Assembly: GCA_020350785.1 (NCBI GenBank)
Contig: CP070722.1
Location: forward strand, 1,668,611 to 1,732,610
DNA length: 64,000 nucleotides
Direction: 5' to 3'
Source of the DNA: Gemmatimonadota bacterium
GTDB taxonomy: Bacteria > Gemmatimonadota > Gemmatimonadetes > Palauibacterales > KS3-K002
Below, piece after piece: positions 55,691 through 64,000 of this stretch (its first letter is position 1; each line of letters starts with the position of its first letter). The notes under the pieces are model-generated. The model ran no database searches, was not told where the DNA came from, and worked only from the letters and a program-made list of their open reading frames with translations. A program made the translations under genes and the position numbers.

Positions 55691-57991
55691 ATGACTGGCA
55701 TCTTCGAATCCGCTTTCCAGTTCCTTTTCAAGTATCGCCCACTGGTTTACGAGAAGGGCCGCCTGGCATTCGCGTTGCCCTGGCCGATCTATGTGATTCT
55801 GCTGGTGGTGGGACTTGCCCTAGTCCTTACGCTATTGACGTACAGCCGCGCTCGAGCCAAGAGCCGCCGCGATATCATCATGCTTGCCACGCTCCGGACT
55901 GCAGCGCTGGCCGTTCTGCTGTTTTGCCTGTCTCGGCCGACCTTGCTGGTACCTACTGTGGTCCCGCAGCGGAACTTCCTGGGCATCCTGATCGACGACT
56001 CTCGCAGCATGGGGATCGCGGACATGGCTGGGGCGCCGAGAAACCAGTTCGCGCAAATCGCTTTCGCGGGCCCCGATAGCGCCCTGGGTGCGGCTCTTGC
56101 CGAGCGATTTCTACTCCGATTCTTCCGCTTCGACGACGGTACGGGCCGGATCGATGATGTTACGACTCTCTCGGCGGTCGGTGCGAGAACGGATTTGGCC
56201 CAAGCTTTGGACGCAGCACAGCGCGAGCTGGGCACGGTTCCCCTGGCCGGGTTGATCGCGATTACCGACGGCGCGGATAACAGCGAGTCGTCGGCTCTTA
56301 GCGAAACGCTGCTCCGCCTGCGTGCGGATTCCGTGCCGGTCTACGTGATCGGGGTTGGCCAAGAACGATTCGAGCGGGACTTGGAGCTCAGGCGTGTCGA
56401 GGTACCGCGAAACGTGCTGCTGGGCTCGTCGCTAGTCGTGGATCTGGTGGTCGAGCAACGAGGATACAGCCGGCAGACTGTACGGGTCGACGTCGAAGAT
56501 GAGGGTAGGATCGTTGCGTCGGAGGAGTTGAGATTGCCGGCTGACGGCGAGTCGGCGACGGCCCGGGTACAGTTCAAGGCGGAGCAGCCGGGAGCACGGC
56601 GTCTCCGCTTTCGCGTCGCTTCGCAGCCCGGGGAGCTGGTCACGCGCAACAACGAGCGCGAGGCACTCGTCGTAGTGGAGGATACGCGGAACAAGATACT
56701 CTACTTCGAGGGAGAGCCCCGTTTCGAGGTCAAGTTCCTGCGCCGGGCGGTGTCCGAGGACGATAACATTCACGTGGTCACGCTACAGCGAACTGCGGAG
56801 AACAAGTTTCTGCGGCTGGACGTCGATGATCCTGAGGAGCTGGCGGCGGGCTTTCCGCAGACCCGGGAAGAGCTTTTCGCTTACCGGGGCCTCGTTCTGG
56901 GCAGCGTAGAGGCCAGCTTCTTCACGCACGACCAGCTGCGTATGATCGAGGAATTCGTCGGGCAACGGGGCGGCGGCCTGCTGGTACTTGGCGGCCGCCG
57001 TGCTCTCGATCAAGGTGGTTATGCGGGCACGCCTTTATCGGATGTGCTTCCCGTCGTCTTGCCGCGGCCCGGCGAAGAGTCGCCCGGGGACTTCTACTCC
57101 GAGGTCACGGTGGAAGCGACCCGCTTCGGGCGCCTGCATCCTGTGACTCGGATTGGCGGCAGCGAAGAGGAATCCGCGGCACGCTGGAGCGAGCTGCCCG
57201 CCGTTTCGGCAGTCAATCGGATAACGCAGGTCAAGCCGGGTGCCAGCCAGCTATTGAGCGGCAAGGGCGACGATCTGACCGAACCTCTCGTCGTTCTCGC
57301 CTTTCAGCGATATGGCCGAGGTAAGTCCCTTGCGTTGCCGATACAGGACTCTTGGATCTGGCAGATGCATGCGGACATTCCCCTCGAGGATATGACACAC
57401 GAGACGTTCTGGCGGCAGCTCTTGCGTTGGCTCGTCAGCTACGTGCCTGATCCGGTGATGGCCTCGGCATCGCGAGATCGGGTTGGTCCTGGTGAGTGGG
57501 TCACGTTGGCCGCGGAGGTGCAGGACGAGACGTTCTTGCACGTCAACAACGCGGAGGTCAGCGCGCGAGTGACCTCTCCCAGCGGTGTGACGAAGCAAGT
57601 CCCCCTGAACTGGAGTATCGAGGCCGATGGAGTGTACCACGTCAGGTATGCGGCATCCGAGGAGGGACTACATCGGGTGGGAGTGGAGGCGCGCAAGGAG
57701 GGCCGCTTCATCGGCGGTCACGCCACCTACTTCGAGGTCGGTGATCTGGCCACCGAGTTCTACGATGCCGAACTGCGAGCCGATCTGCTGCGGCGCGTCG
57801 CCGAGGAGACTGGCGGCCGGTACTACACGCCGGAGACCTCGTCAATGTTGGCGGAAGACGTCAGTGTCACCGACGCGGGGGCGACCGTCGTGGAAGAGCG
57901 CGATCTCTGGGATCTACCGCTCGTCTTCCTGCTTCTGATCGGTCTGGTCAGTGCGGAGTGGGGGTACCGCAGAAGCAGGGGGCTGGTATGA
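55691..57991 (+). CDS. BatA-like membrane protein (N-terminal double-TM, vWA/MIDAS, C-terminal TM anchor)
   Basis: FKYRPLVYEKGRLAFALPWPIYVILLVVGLALVLT (BatA-type N-terminus), GILIDDSRSMG (DxSxS MIDAS), and C-terminal LVFLLLIGLVSAEWGYRR. ATGA overlap with the upstream DUF4159 gene. Confidence 0.7.
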   Translation: MTGIFESAFQFLFKYRPLVYEKGRLAFALPWPIYVILLVVGLALVLTLLTYSRARAKSRRDIIMLATLRTAALAVLLFCLSRPTLLVPTVVPQRNFLGILIDDSRSMGIADMAGAPRNQFAQIAFAGPDSALGAALAERFLLRFFRFDDGTGRIDDVTTLSAVGARTDLAQALDAAQRELGTVPLAGLIAITDGADNSESSALSETLLRLRADSVPVYVIGVGQERFERDLELRRVEVPRNVLLGSSLVVDLVVEQRGYSRQTVRVDVEDEGRIVASEELRLPADGESATARVQFKAEQPGARRLRFRVASQPGELVTRNNEREALVVVEDTRNKILYFEGEPRFEVKFLRRAVSEDDNIHVVTLQRTAENKFLRLDVDDPEELAAGFPQTREELFAYRGLVLGSVEASFFTHDQLRMIEEFVGQRGGGLLVLGGRRALDQGGYAGTPLSDVLPVVLPRPGEESPGDFYSEVTVEATRFGRLHPVTRIGGSEEESAARWSELPAVSAVNRITQVKPGASQLLSGKGDDLTEPLVVLAFQRYGRGKSLALPIQDSWIWQMHADIPLEDMTHETFWRQLLRWLVSYVPDPVMASASRDRVGPGEWVTLAAEVQDETFLHVNNAEVSARVTSPSGVTKQVPLNWSIEADGVYHVRYAASEEGLHRVGVEARKEGRFIGGHATYFEVGDLATEFYDAELRADLLRRVAEETGGRYYTPETSSMLAEDVSVTDAGATVVEERDLWDLPLVFLLLIGLVSAEWGYRRSRGLV

Positions 57992-58983
57992 GGCCGACGG
58001 CGGCCTGGCTTCTGGCGGCGAGTCTGGCTGCAACACCCGTGTGCGCGCAGACGCAACTGGTGGTCATCACGGGACTGAGCGGCGAGCCTCGTTACGCAGA
58101 AGAATTCCACGCGTGGGCGACAACGCTGTTAGAGGCTGCGTTGAATCGCTGGGGCCTGGCGGAGTCGAGCGTGCACTATCTGGCAGAGGCGACAGAGCGT
58201 GACCCCGAGCGGATCGTAGCGCGCTCGACGCGCGAGAACATAGAAGAGATCTTAAGGGCACTCGCCGAGCGTGTCGGGCCCGACGAGCAAATCTTTATCA
58301 TCCTTATCGGCCACGGCACGGTTCGGGGCGAGGAGGCACGGGTGAATCTGCCGGGCCCGGACATGACGGCGGCCAACTTCGCGGCTTTGCTGGAGGCTTT
58401 CCCGACACAGAAGATCGTTTTCGTGAATGCGGCTAGCGCCAGTGGTGGCTTCATTGAAGCCCTCTCGGCTGGGAATCGGACAGTCATCACCGCCACCCGG
58501 AGCGCCAGCGAGCGTAACCGAACTCTGTTTGGGCGCTACTTCGTAGAAGCTTTTGCCGGGGCCGGCGCGGATGTGGACAAGGATGACCGCGTCTCGGCCC
58601 TGGAAGCCTTCAGCTACGCGAAGCGCGAGGTCGCACGCGCTTACGAGGCCGAAGGCCGACTCCTGACCGAGCACGCCCTGCTAGACGATAACGGAGATGG
58701 TGAGGGCAGCGACGAGCCCCAGGGAGACCCGGACGGAAGCCTGGCTCGGTCCGTGTTCATGGTCGGCGGCCTGGGCGCGGCCGCCGGTCGCGAGCAGCCC
58801 GCGGACCCGAGACTCGCGGAGCTGTACCGTGATCGTGAGGAGTTGGAGCGGCAGGTCGCCGCTTTGCGCGCCCGCAAGAACGAGATGGATCCTGAGGCGT
58901 ACGAGCGACAGCTGGAGGCGACGCTGATCGAGATCGCATTGAAGACGCGGGCGATCAGGGAGGTCGAGGAGGGAGTGCGCTGA
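57988..58983 (+). CDS. Secreted hypothetical protein (possible caspase/legumain-like fold)
   Basis: Signal MRPTAAWLLAASLAATPVCAQ. IFIILIGHG...(about 40 aa)...VFVNAASASGG resembles the His-Gly ... nucleophile strand arrangement of C13/C14 peptidases, with Ser/Ala where Cys is expected. This is weak, motif-level inference only. The start overlaps the upstream stop. Confidence 0.45.
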   Translation: MRPTAAWLLAASLAATPVCAQTQLVVITGLSGEPRYAEEFHAWATTLLEAALNRWGLAESSVHYLAEATERDPERIVARSTRENIEEILRALAERVGPDEQIFIILIGHGTVRGEEARVNLPGPDMTAANFAALLEAFPTQKIVFVNAASASGGFIEALSAGNRTVITATRSASERNRTLFGRYFVEAFAGAGADVDKDDRVSALEAFSYAKREVARAYEAEGRLLTEHALLDDNGDGEGSDEPQGDPDGSLARSVFMVGGLGAAAGREQPADPRLAELYRDREELERQVAALRARKNEMDPEAYERQLEATLIEIALKTRAIREVEEGVR

Positions 58984-61625
58984 TGCTCTACCGTGTCTTG
59001 AGCGCGGCTTTGGCGCTGCTGGCGCTGGTCACGAGTCGGCCAGCAGCGCAATCCCTCGCCGACGCCGAGACCGCTTTCCGCAGCGGACGGTACGAAGACG
59101 CCATCTCGCTTTACGCCAGGCTAGCCGAGGGCGAGCCGGCGTCGGTCGCGATCGTGAGGGGCTGGGCGCGCGCGCTGGCGGAGGTCGGACGTTACGCGGA
59201 TGCGGAGCGTGTCGCGCGTGCTCATGCCGAATCATTCCCCGACTCACCGGAGCTATGGAACACTCTCGGTGAGGCTCGCTACGCGCGGGGCGAAGTCAAC
59301 GGGGCCGCGGAGGCCTTCAGGCGGGCGATTCAAGACGAGGCGAGCGATGCGCTCGAGGCCCGGCTCAACCTAGCGATTCTGCGCTACGAGCGAGGCGAGC
59401 GCGAGGCTGCCTTGTCCGAGTTCGACTACTTCATCGACTTCTACAATCGGGCCGAGAGCCTGACGTCGGAAGAGCTCACGGTCGTTGCCTCGGCCGTGCG
59501 TTACTTAGGCGTTGAGGAACCTGAACTCTACCAGGACGCGCTGCGTGCCTACGATGAAGCCATCGACGCGGACCCCGGCAACCTGGAGCCGCGGGTTAAG
59601 GTGGGCGACCTGTTCCTGGAGAAATACCGCAGCGGTGATGCGGCGAAGGAGTTCGAGGATGTTCTGGCGGTGAATCCGAGGCACCCGCTGGCGCTTCTCG
59701 GGACGGCTCGCCGCATGCGTTTCGACGGCGAGCCCGGAGCCGCGGAGATGGCACGGCGCGGACTCGAGGTGAACCCCAACCTGGTCGCGGCTCGGGTCAC
59801 GGTCGCCGAACTGCTGCTGGAGCTGGAGGACTACGACGCCGCTATCGCGGAGTTGCGGAGGGCGCTGGAGGTCAACCCCTCGTCTCTCGAGGCGCTGGCC
59901 GTGCTGGCCGCGAGCCGCTACCTGCAGGGCGATGTCGGCGGCTTCGACGAGGCGCGCCGTCGAGTGTCGAGCATCAACCCCGTGTATGCCGGGCTGTACA
60001 ACAAGCTGGCGGAGGCCAGCGCGCGAAACCGACGGTATCAAGAGGCCGCGGAGTTCGCGCGCCAGGCTGTCGAGCTCGACGGCAAGTCCTGGCGCGGTTT
60101 CGCGCTGCTAGGGATCAATCAGCTCCGCATCGGGGAGATCGAGCAGGGAAAGCAGAACCTGGAGGTTGCCTTCCGGGGTGACCCTTACGATGTCTGGACA
60201 AAGAACACTCTCGATCTACTGGATACTTTCGACGACTACAGCGAGACGCGCACGGGGCGATTCGTGCTGGCGATGGCCGGCCAGGAATCTGCCCTGCTCT
60301 CGATCTATTTGGCCGATCTGGCCGACGATGCTTTCGAGCGTCTGGCCGGCCTGTACGGCTATCGACCGGCCACGCCGATCCGTGTCGAGCTTTATCGGAG
60401 TCATGCCGACTTTTCGGTCCGCACGGTGGGATTGGTGGGCCTCGGAGCTCTAGGTGTGAGCTTTGGACCTGTAATCGCGATGGATTCCCCCTCGGCACGC
60501 CAGGCCGGTGAGTTCAACTGGGGTTCGACGTTTTGGCACGAGCTGGCACACACCTTCCACTTGGGAATGAGCGACCATCGCGTTCCGCGTTGGTTCTCCG
60601 AAGGGCTGGCCGTCTACGAGGAACGCCGCGCGATGCCGGGTTGGGGCGACGACGTGTCCCCCGGATTCCTCACTGCCCACCTTCGGGGTCAGCTGCTGTC
60701 GATCGGCGAGTTGAACTCCGGATTCACGCGGCCCACATACCCGGAGCAGGTGGGATACTCCTACTACCAGGCCTCGCTCGTCTGCGAGTTCATCGAGCGG
60801 GAGGCGGGTCCGCAGGCGCTGGTGAGCATGCTGAATGGCTACGGGCAGGGATTGAGCACCGTTCAGGTCTTCCGGCAGGTGCTCGCGGCTGACGTCGATG
60901 AGGTTAGCGATCGCTTCTTCGTCTACCTGGAGGAGCGCTTCGCCGGCCCCCTGGCGGCTATGCGTCCGGCGCGCCGGCTCCCGCACGGAGAAAACCCTCC
61001 GCGTGAGCTCTTGGCCGAGTGGGCGAAGAATGATCCAGGTGACTACTATGCACAGTTGGCGTTTGGCCGCACGCTGCTGGAGGAAGATGTGCTGGCCGAC
61101 GCGATCGTTCACTTGAAACGGGCGAAGTCGCTATTCCCGGAATACGCCGGCCCTGGCAGCCCTTACTGGCACCTGGCGGCAGCCTACCGGAAAGCAGGGG
61201 ATCTGGCTGCGGCGGCCGCCGAGCTCGAGGCGTTGACCGGTATAAACGAGCATGAGTATCAGGCCAACCTGATGTTGGCCGATCTGCGTGAGAGACTCGG
61301 CGACAAGCGCGGCGCCGCGGCGGCCCTCGAGCGTATCATCTTCATCTATCCTTACGAGCTGGATCTCCATGCGCGCTTGGCGAATCTCTATGCCGACCTG
61401 GGGGAGTGGGGGGGCGCGATTCGAGAGCGGAAAGCGGCGCTGGCCTTGGACCCGGTAGATCGGGCGGAAGCTCTGTATCAGCTGGCGTTGGCACAGTGGA
61501 AATCGGGCGCCAGCGATGAGGCTCGGCGCACGGTGCTGCAGGCGCTCGAGTCAGCGCCGAGCTTCGAAGCGGCCCTCGAACTGTTGTTGGAGATCCGCGG
61601 AAGCACAGAGGAGCGACCGCGATGA
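58983..61625 (+). CDS. TPR-repeat protein with C-terminal Peptidase_MA_2-like (HEXXH) domain
   Basis: Signal-like N-terminus, about 450 aa of TPR, then WHELAHTFHLGMSDHRVPRWFSEGLAVYEE (HExxH...E), then more TPR. The start overlaps the upstream stop (GCTGATG). Confidence 0.65.
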   Translation: MLYRVLSAALALLALVTSRPAAQSLADAETAFRSGRYEDAISLYARLAEGEPASVAIVRGWARALAEVGRYADAERVARAHAESFPDSPELWNTLGEARYARGEVNGAAEAFRRAIQDEASDALEARLNLAILRYERGEREAALSEFDYFIDFYNRAESLTSEELTVVASAVRYLGVEEPELYQDALRAYDEAIDADPGNLEPRVKVGDLFLEKYRSGDAAKEFEDVLAVNPRHPLALLGTARRMRFDGEPGAAEMARRGLEVNPNLVAARVTVAELLLELEDYDAAIAELRRALEVNPSSLEALAVLAASRYLQGDVGGFDEARRRVSSINPVYAGLYNKLAEASARNRRYQEAAEFARQAVELDGKSWRGFALLGINQLRIGEIEQGKQNLEVAFRGDPYDVWTKNTLDLLDTFDDYSETRTGRFVLAMAGQESALLSIYLADLADDAFERLAGLYGYRPATPIRVELYRSHADFSVRTVGLVGLGALGVSFGPVIAMDSPSARQAGEFNWGSTFWHELAHTFHLGMSDHRVPRWFSEGLAVYEERRAMPGWGDDVSPGFLTAHLRGQLLSIGELNSGFTRPTYPEQVGYSYYQASLVCEFIEREAGPQALVSMLNGYGQGLSTVQVFRQVLAADVDEVSDRFFVYLEERFAGPLAAMRPARRLPHGENPPRELLAEWAKNDPGDYYAQLAFGRTLLEEDVLADAIVHLKRAKSLFPEYAGPGSPYWHLAAAYRKAGDLAAAAAELEALTGINEHEYQANLMLADLRERLGDKRGAAAALERIIFIYPYELDLHARLANLYADLGEWGGAIRERKAALALDPVDRAEALYQLALAQWKSGASDEARRTVLQALESAPSFEAALELLLEIRGSTEERPR

Positions 61626-62416
61626 TTCGTTCCGTCCTGAGCGGTGTGACGCTGCTGCTGTTGGCGCTGGGAAATGTCGAGCCAGCGGTGGCGCAATCAC
61701 TTTGCTCGTTGGAGCGTGGTCGAAGGGGTAACCACGACTTCGATGAGTACAACACCGCTTACGACGGCAAGTTCACATTCGTGCGTATTCGCTTCAACTC
61801 ATTGGGTGGCTTCAGCGGAGGTGGCGGTTATTGGCGCGGGGACTTGAAGTGGGATCACGATTACCCGAGGGCCGAGTGCCATCTGATGAAGATATTGGAC
61901 GAGGTGACTGACATAGGCCCCTACCTGGAAGGCGGCAACATCCTTGCCGTCGACGACCCCGAGCTGTTCAAGTATCCCGTGGCCTACTTGGTCGAGCCGG
62001 GCTTCTGGAGTCTCACGGAACAGGAGGCCGAGAGCCTTCGCAGCTACCTGCTCAAGGGTGGTTTTCTGATAGTCGACGATTTTGCTGGTGGCCAGTGGTT
62101 CAATTTTGTCGACCGATTGGGTGACCTGTTTCCTGAAGGGCGCCTGGTCGAACTGGATGTGACACATCCGATATTTCACTCCTTCTTCGACATCGAGACT
62201 CTTGATCACACGCACCCGTACTACGGCGTGAGGGCCGAATTCTACGGTTTGTTCGAGGACAACGATCCGAATAAACGTCTCATGATGGTGATTAACTACA
62301 ACAACGATATCGGCGAGTCATGGGAATGGTCGGATCGGGGATTCATACCGATAGAGTTGTCAAACGAGGCCTACAAGCTTGGTGTGAACTACATCGTCTA
62401 CGCGATGACCCATTGA
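61622..62416 (+). CDS. DUF4159 domain protein (second paralog, secreted)
   Basis: Signal MIRSVLSGVTLLLLALGNVEPAVAQ. GGFLIVDDFAGGQWFNFVD...HPIFHSFFDIE...NYIVYAMTH is colinear with gene 54857-55690. Confidence 0.7.
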   Translation: MIRSVLSGVTLLLLALGNVEPAVAQSLCSLERGRRGNHDFDEYNTAYDGKFTFVRIRFNSLGGFSGGGGYWRGDLKWDHDYPRAECHLMKILDEVTDIGPYLEGGNILAVDDPELFKYPVAYLVEPGFWSLTEQEAESLRSYLLKGGFLIVDDFAGGQWFNFVDRLGDLFPEGRLVELDVTHPIFHSFFDIETLDHTHPYYGVRAEFYGLFEDNDPNKRLMMVINYNNDIGESWEWSDRGFIPIELSNEAYKLGVNYIVYAMTH

Positions 62417-62445
62417 GGCCGCTGGGCAGAGAGAGAGAACGAAAC

Positions 62446-63477
62446 ATGGGCACGGAAGAAAAGGTCGCGCTGCGATTCGCCGACGACATCGCTCTCGCAG
62501 AGCGGATGCAAGCCGCGACCAGCCGAATCTTGAGCGAGCTTCGCAAGCTGATCGTCGGGCAGGACGAGGTGATCGAGCAGGTGCTGCTTTCACTGTTCGT
62601 CGGCGGCAACAGCCTGATCGTGGGTGTTCCGGGGCTGGCGAAGACCTTGCTAATACACAGCATTGCGCAGGTGCTGGACCTGAAATTCTCGCGCATCCAG
62701 TTCACGCCTGATCTCATGCCGTCCGACATCACGGGAACGGACCTTATCCAAGAGGATCCAAAGACGGGACAACGCCGGATGGTCTTCGCTCCGGGCCCGG
62801 TTTTCGCGAACATCGTCTTGGCGGACGAGATCAACCGTACGCCGCCGAAAACGCAGGCCGCGCTGCTGGAGGCGATGCAAGAGCATCGGGTGACGGTTCA
62901 GGGGCGGACGTACCAGCTGGATGAGCCCTTCCATGTCTTTGCCACTCAGAACCCGATCGAGCTGGAGGGTACCTACCCGCTTCCGGAAGCGCAGCTGGAC
63001 CGCTTCATGTTCAAGGTCACGATGGACCACTTACCGGCGGACGAGGAATTGGAGGTGGTTCGCAGCACGACGGCAGTGCAGAGCTATAGGTTCGAGAACG
63101 TCGTGACCGGAGAGGACATCGTCGCCTTCCAGGGCCTGGTGCGCAAAGTTCCGGTGTCGGATATGGTATTACGCTACGCCCTTGATCTGGTTCGGACGAC
63201 GCGTCCGAATGGGGGCGGCTCTCCTGAGTTCATTCGCAAATGGGTGTCGTACGGCGCGAGCGTGCGGGCGGCTCAGTACCTGATACTGGGCGCGAAAGCG
63301 CGAGCGCTGATTCGCGCCCGCTATCACGTGAATTTCGAGGACATTCGAGCGCTTGCGCAGCCGGTCTTGAGGCATCGAATTCTCACGAATTTCCATGCGG
63401 AGTCCGAGCAGGTGACATCGGATCAGCTCATCGACCGGCTTCTGGAGACTATTCCAACACCACGGTCGGGTTTGTGA
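62446..63477 (+). CDS. MoxR-family AAA+ ATPase
   Basis: LRKLIVGQDEVIEQVLLSLFVGGNSLIVGVPGLAKT (Walker A), ANIVLADEINR (Walker B), FHVFATQNPIELEGTYPLPEAQLDRF. GAGAGAGA SD-like sequence upstream of ATG 62446. Confidence 0.9.
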   Translation: MGTEEKVALRFADDIALAERMQAATSRILSELRKLIVGQDEVIEQVLLSLFVGGNSLIVGVPGLAKTLLIHSIAQVLDLKFSRIQFTPDLMPSDITGTDLIQEDPKTGQRRMVFAPGPVFANIVLADEINRTPPKTQAALLEAMQEHRVTVQGRTYQLDEPFHVFATQNPIELEGTYPLPEAQLDRFMFKVTMDHLPADEELEVVRSTTAVQSYRFENVVTGEDIVAFQGLVRKVPVSDMVLRYALDLVRTTRPNGGGSPEFIRKWVSYGASVRAAQYLILGAKARALIRARYHVNFEDIRALAQPVLRHRILTNFHAESEQVTSDQLIDRLLETIPTPRSGL

Positions 63478-64000
63478 GGACTTACGGGTTTCTGGATCCG
63501 GTCGTTCTGGCCAGAATCGACAACCTCGAGTTGCTGGCACGCACCGTCGTAGATGGCTTCATCAACGGATTGCACCGCTCGCCCTATCTCGGTCTTTCGA
63601 TCGACTTTGCAGAACACCGCCCCTACATGCCCGGCGATGACATTCGACGAATCGATTGGCGTGTCTTCGGGCGCACGGACCGCTTCTACGTCAAGGAATT
63701 CGAGGCCGACACGAACGCGAATTTCATCGCGATTCTCGATATCTCGCGCTCGATGGACTACACGAGCGATGGAATCAGCAAGCTGGACTACGGGCGCTAC
63801 CTGGCAGCTTGTCTCAGTTACTTCTCTCGGCAACAGCGCGACCGGGTAGGATTGGTGACGATCGACTCCGACGTCGTAGAGATGGTTCCGCCATCTGCGA
63901 AGCATCTGGACATTGTACTGCATACGATCGATAGGATTAGCCCGGGGGGTCGGGGAGAACTGGAGGTACCACTTCTGAAGATCGCCGAAGCGATCAAGCG
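63474..64000 (+). CDS. DUF58 domain protein (3' partial at window end)
   Basis: GTG overlaps the MoxR TGA. GLHRSPYLGLSIDFAEHRPYMPGDDIRRIDWRVFGRTDRFYVKEFEAD is the canonical DUF58 core that partners MoxR and vWA proteins. Confidence 0.8.
   Translation, partial: MRTYGFLDPVVLARIDNLELLARTVVDGFINGLHRSPYLGLSIDFAEHRPYMPGDDIRRIDWRVFGRTDRFYVKEFEADTNANFIAILDISRSMDYTSDGISKLDYGRYLAACLSYFSRQQRDRVGLVTIDSDVVEMVPPSAKHLDIVLHTIDRISPGGRGELEVPLLKIAEAIK

Noticed and set aside
1-64000. CRISPR arrays, IS elements, integrases, prophage or rRNA genes
   Set aside because: No spaced direct repeats, transposase/integrase-like ORFs, or rRNA-like conserved stretches were seen. GC content is uniformly high apart from the 42-nt island at 34950.

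Overview
High-GC (~65-68%) bacterial chromosomal window, dense with genes on both strands. I could not assign a taxon; Gemmatimonadota/FCB-type architecture is only a guess. The layout is: (i) 1-8145, eight translationally coupled genes centred on the Ras-like polarity GTPase MglA, with three Roadblock/LC7 (MglB-like) proteins, TPR proteins, two DUF4388/PATAN-domain proteins and a DnaA-like AAA+ ATPase lacking the DNA-binding domain. I could not match this operon composition to anything I know as described. (ii) 8204-11500, a Peptidase_MA_2-like membrane protein, tRNA-Val and a TPR lipoprotein ending in a strong intrinsic terminator. (iii) 11.6-30 kb, a complete division/cell-wall (dcw) cluster mraZ-rsmH-ftsL-ftsI-murE-murF-mraY-murD-ftsW-murG-murC-murB-ftsQ-ftsA-ftsZ followed by an M23 peptidase. 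(iv) 30-51 kb, an orphan BatA-like vWA membrane protein, recG, BamB-like and secreted proteins, a class IIb Asn/Asp-tRNA synthetase, mazG, alr, tandem radical-SAM methylthiotransferases (MtaB-like and MiaB), an S9-type hydrolase, comEC, and a CMD/AhpD-family gene whose second Cys of the CxxC motif is an in-frame TGA (candidate selenoprotein with a SECIS-like hairpin). (v) 51.6-64 kb, two beta-propeller lipoproteins (YVTN, LVIVD) on the minus strand and a Bat-like cluster: DUF4159 x2, BatA-like vWA membrane protein, secreted caspase-like(?) protein, TPR-Peptidase_MA_2 protein, MoxR AAA ATPase and DUF58 (3' partial). I found no CRISPR array, IS element, integrase or rRNA. Many long ORFs antisense to real genes are GC-driven artefacts.
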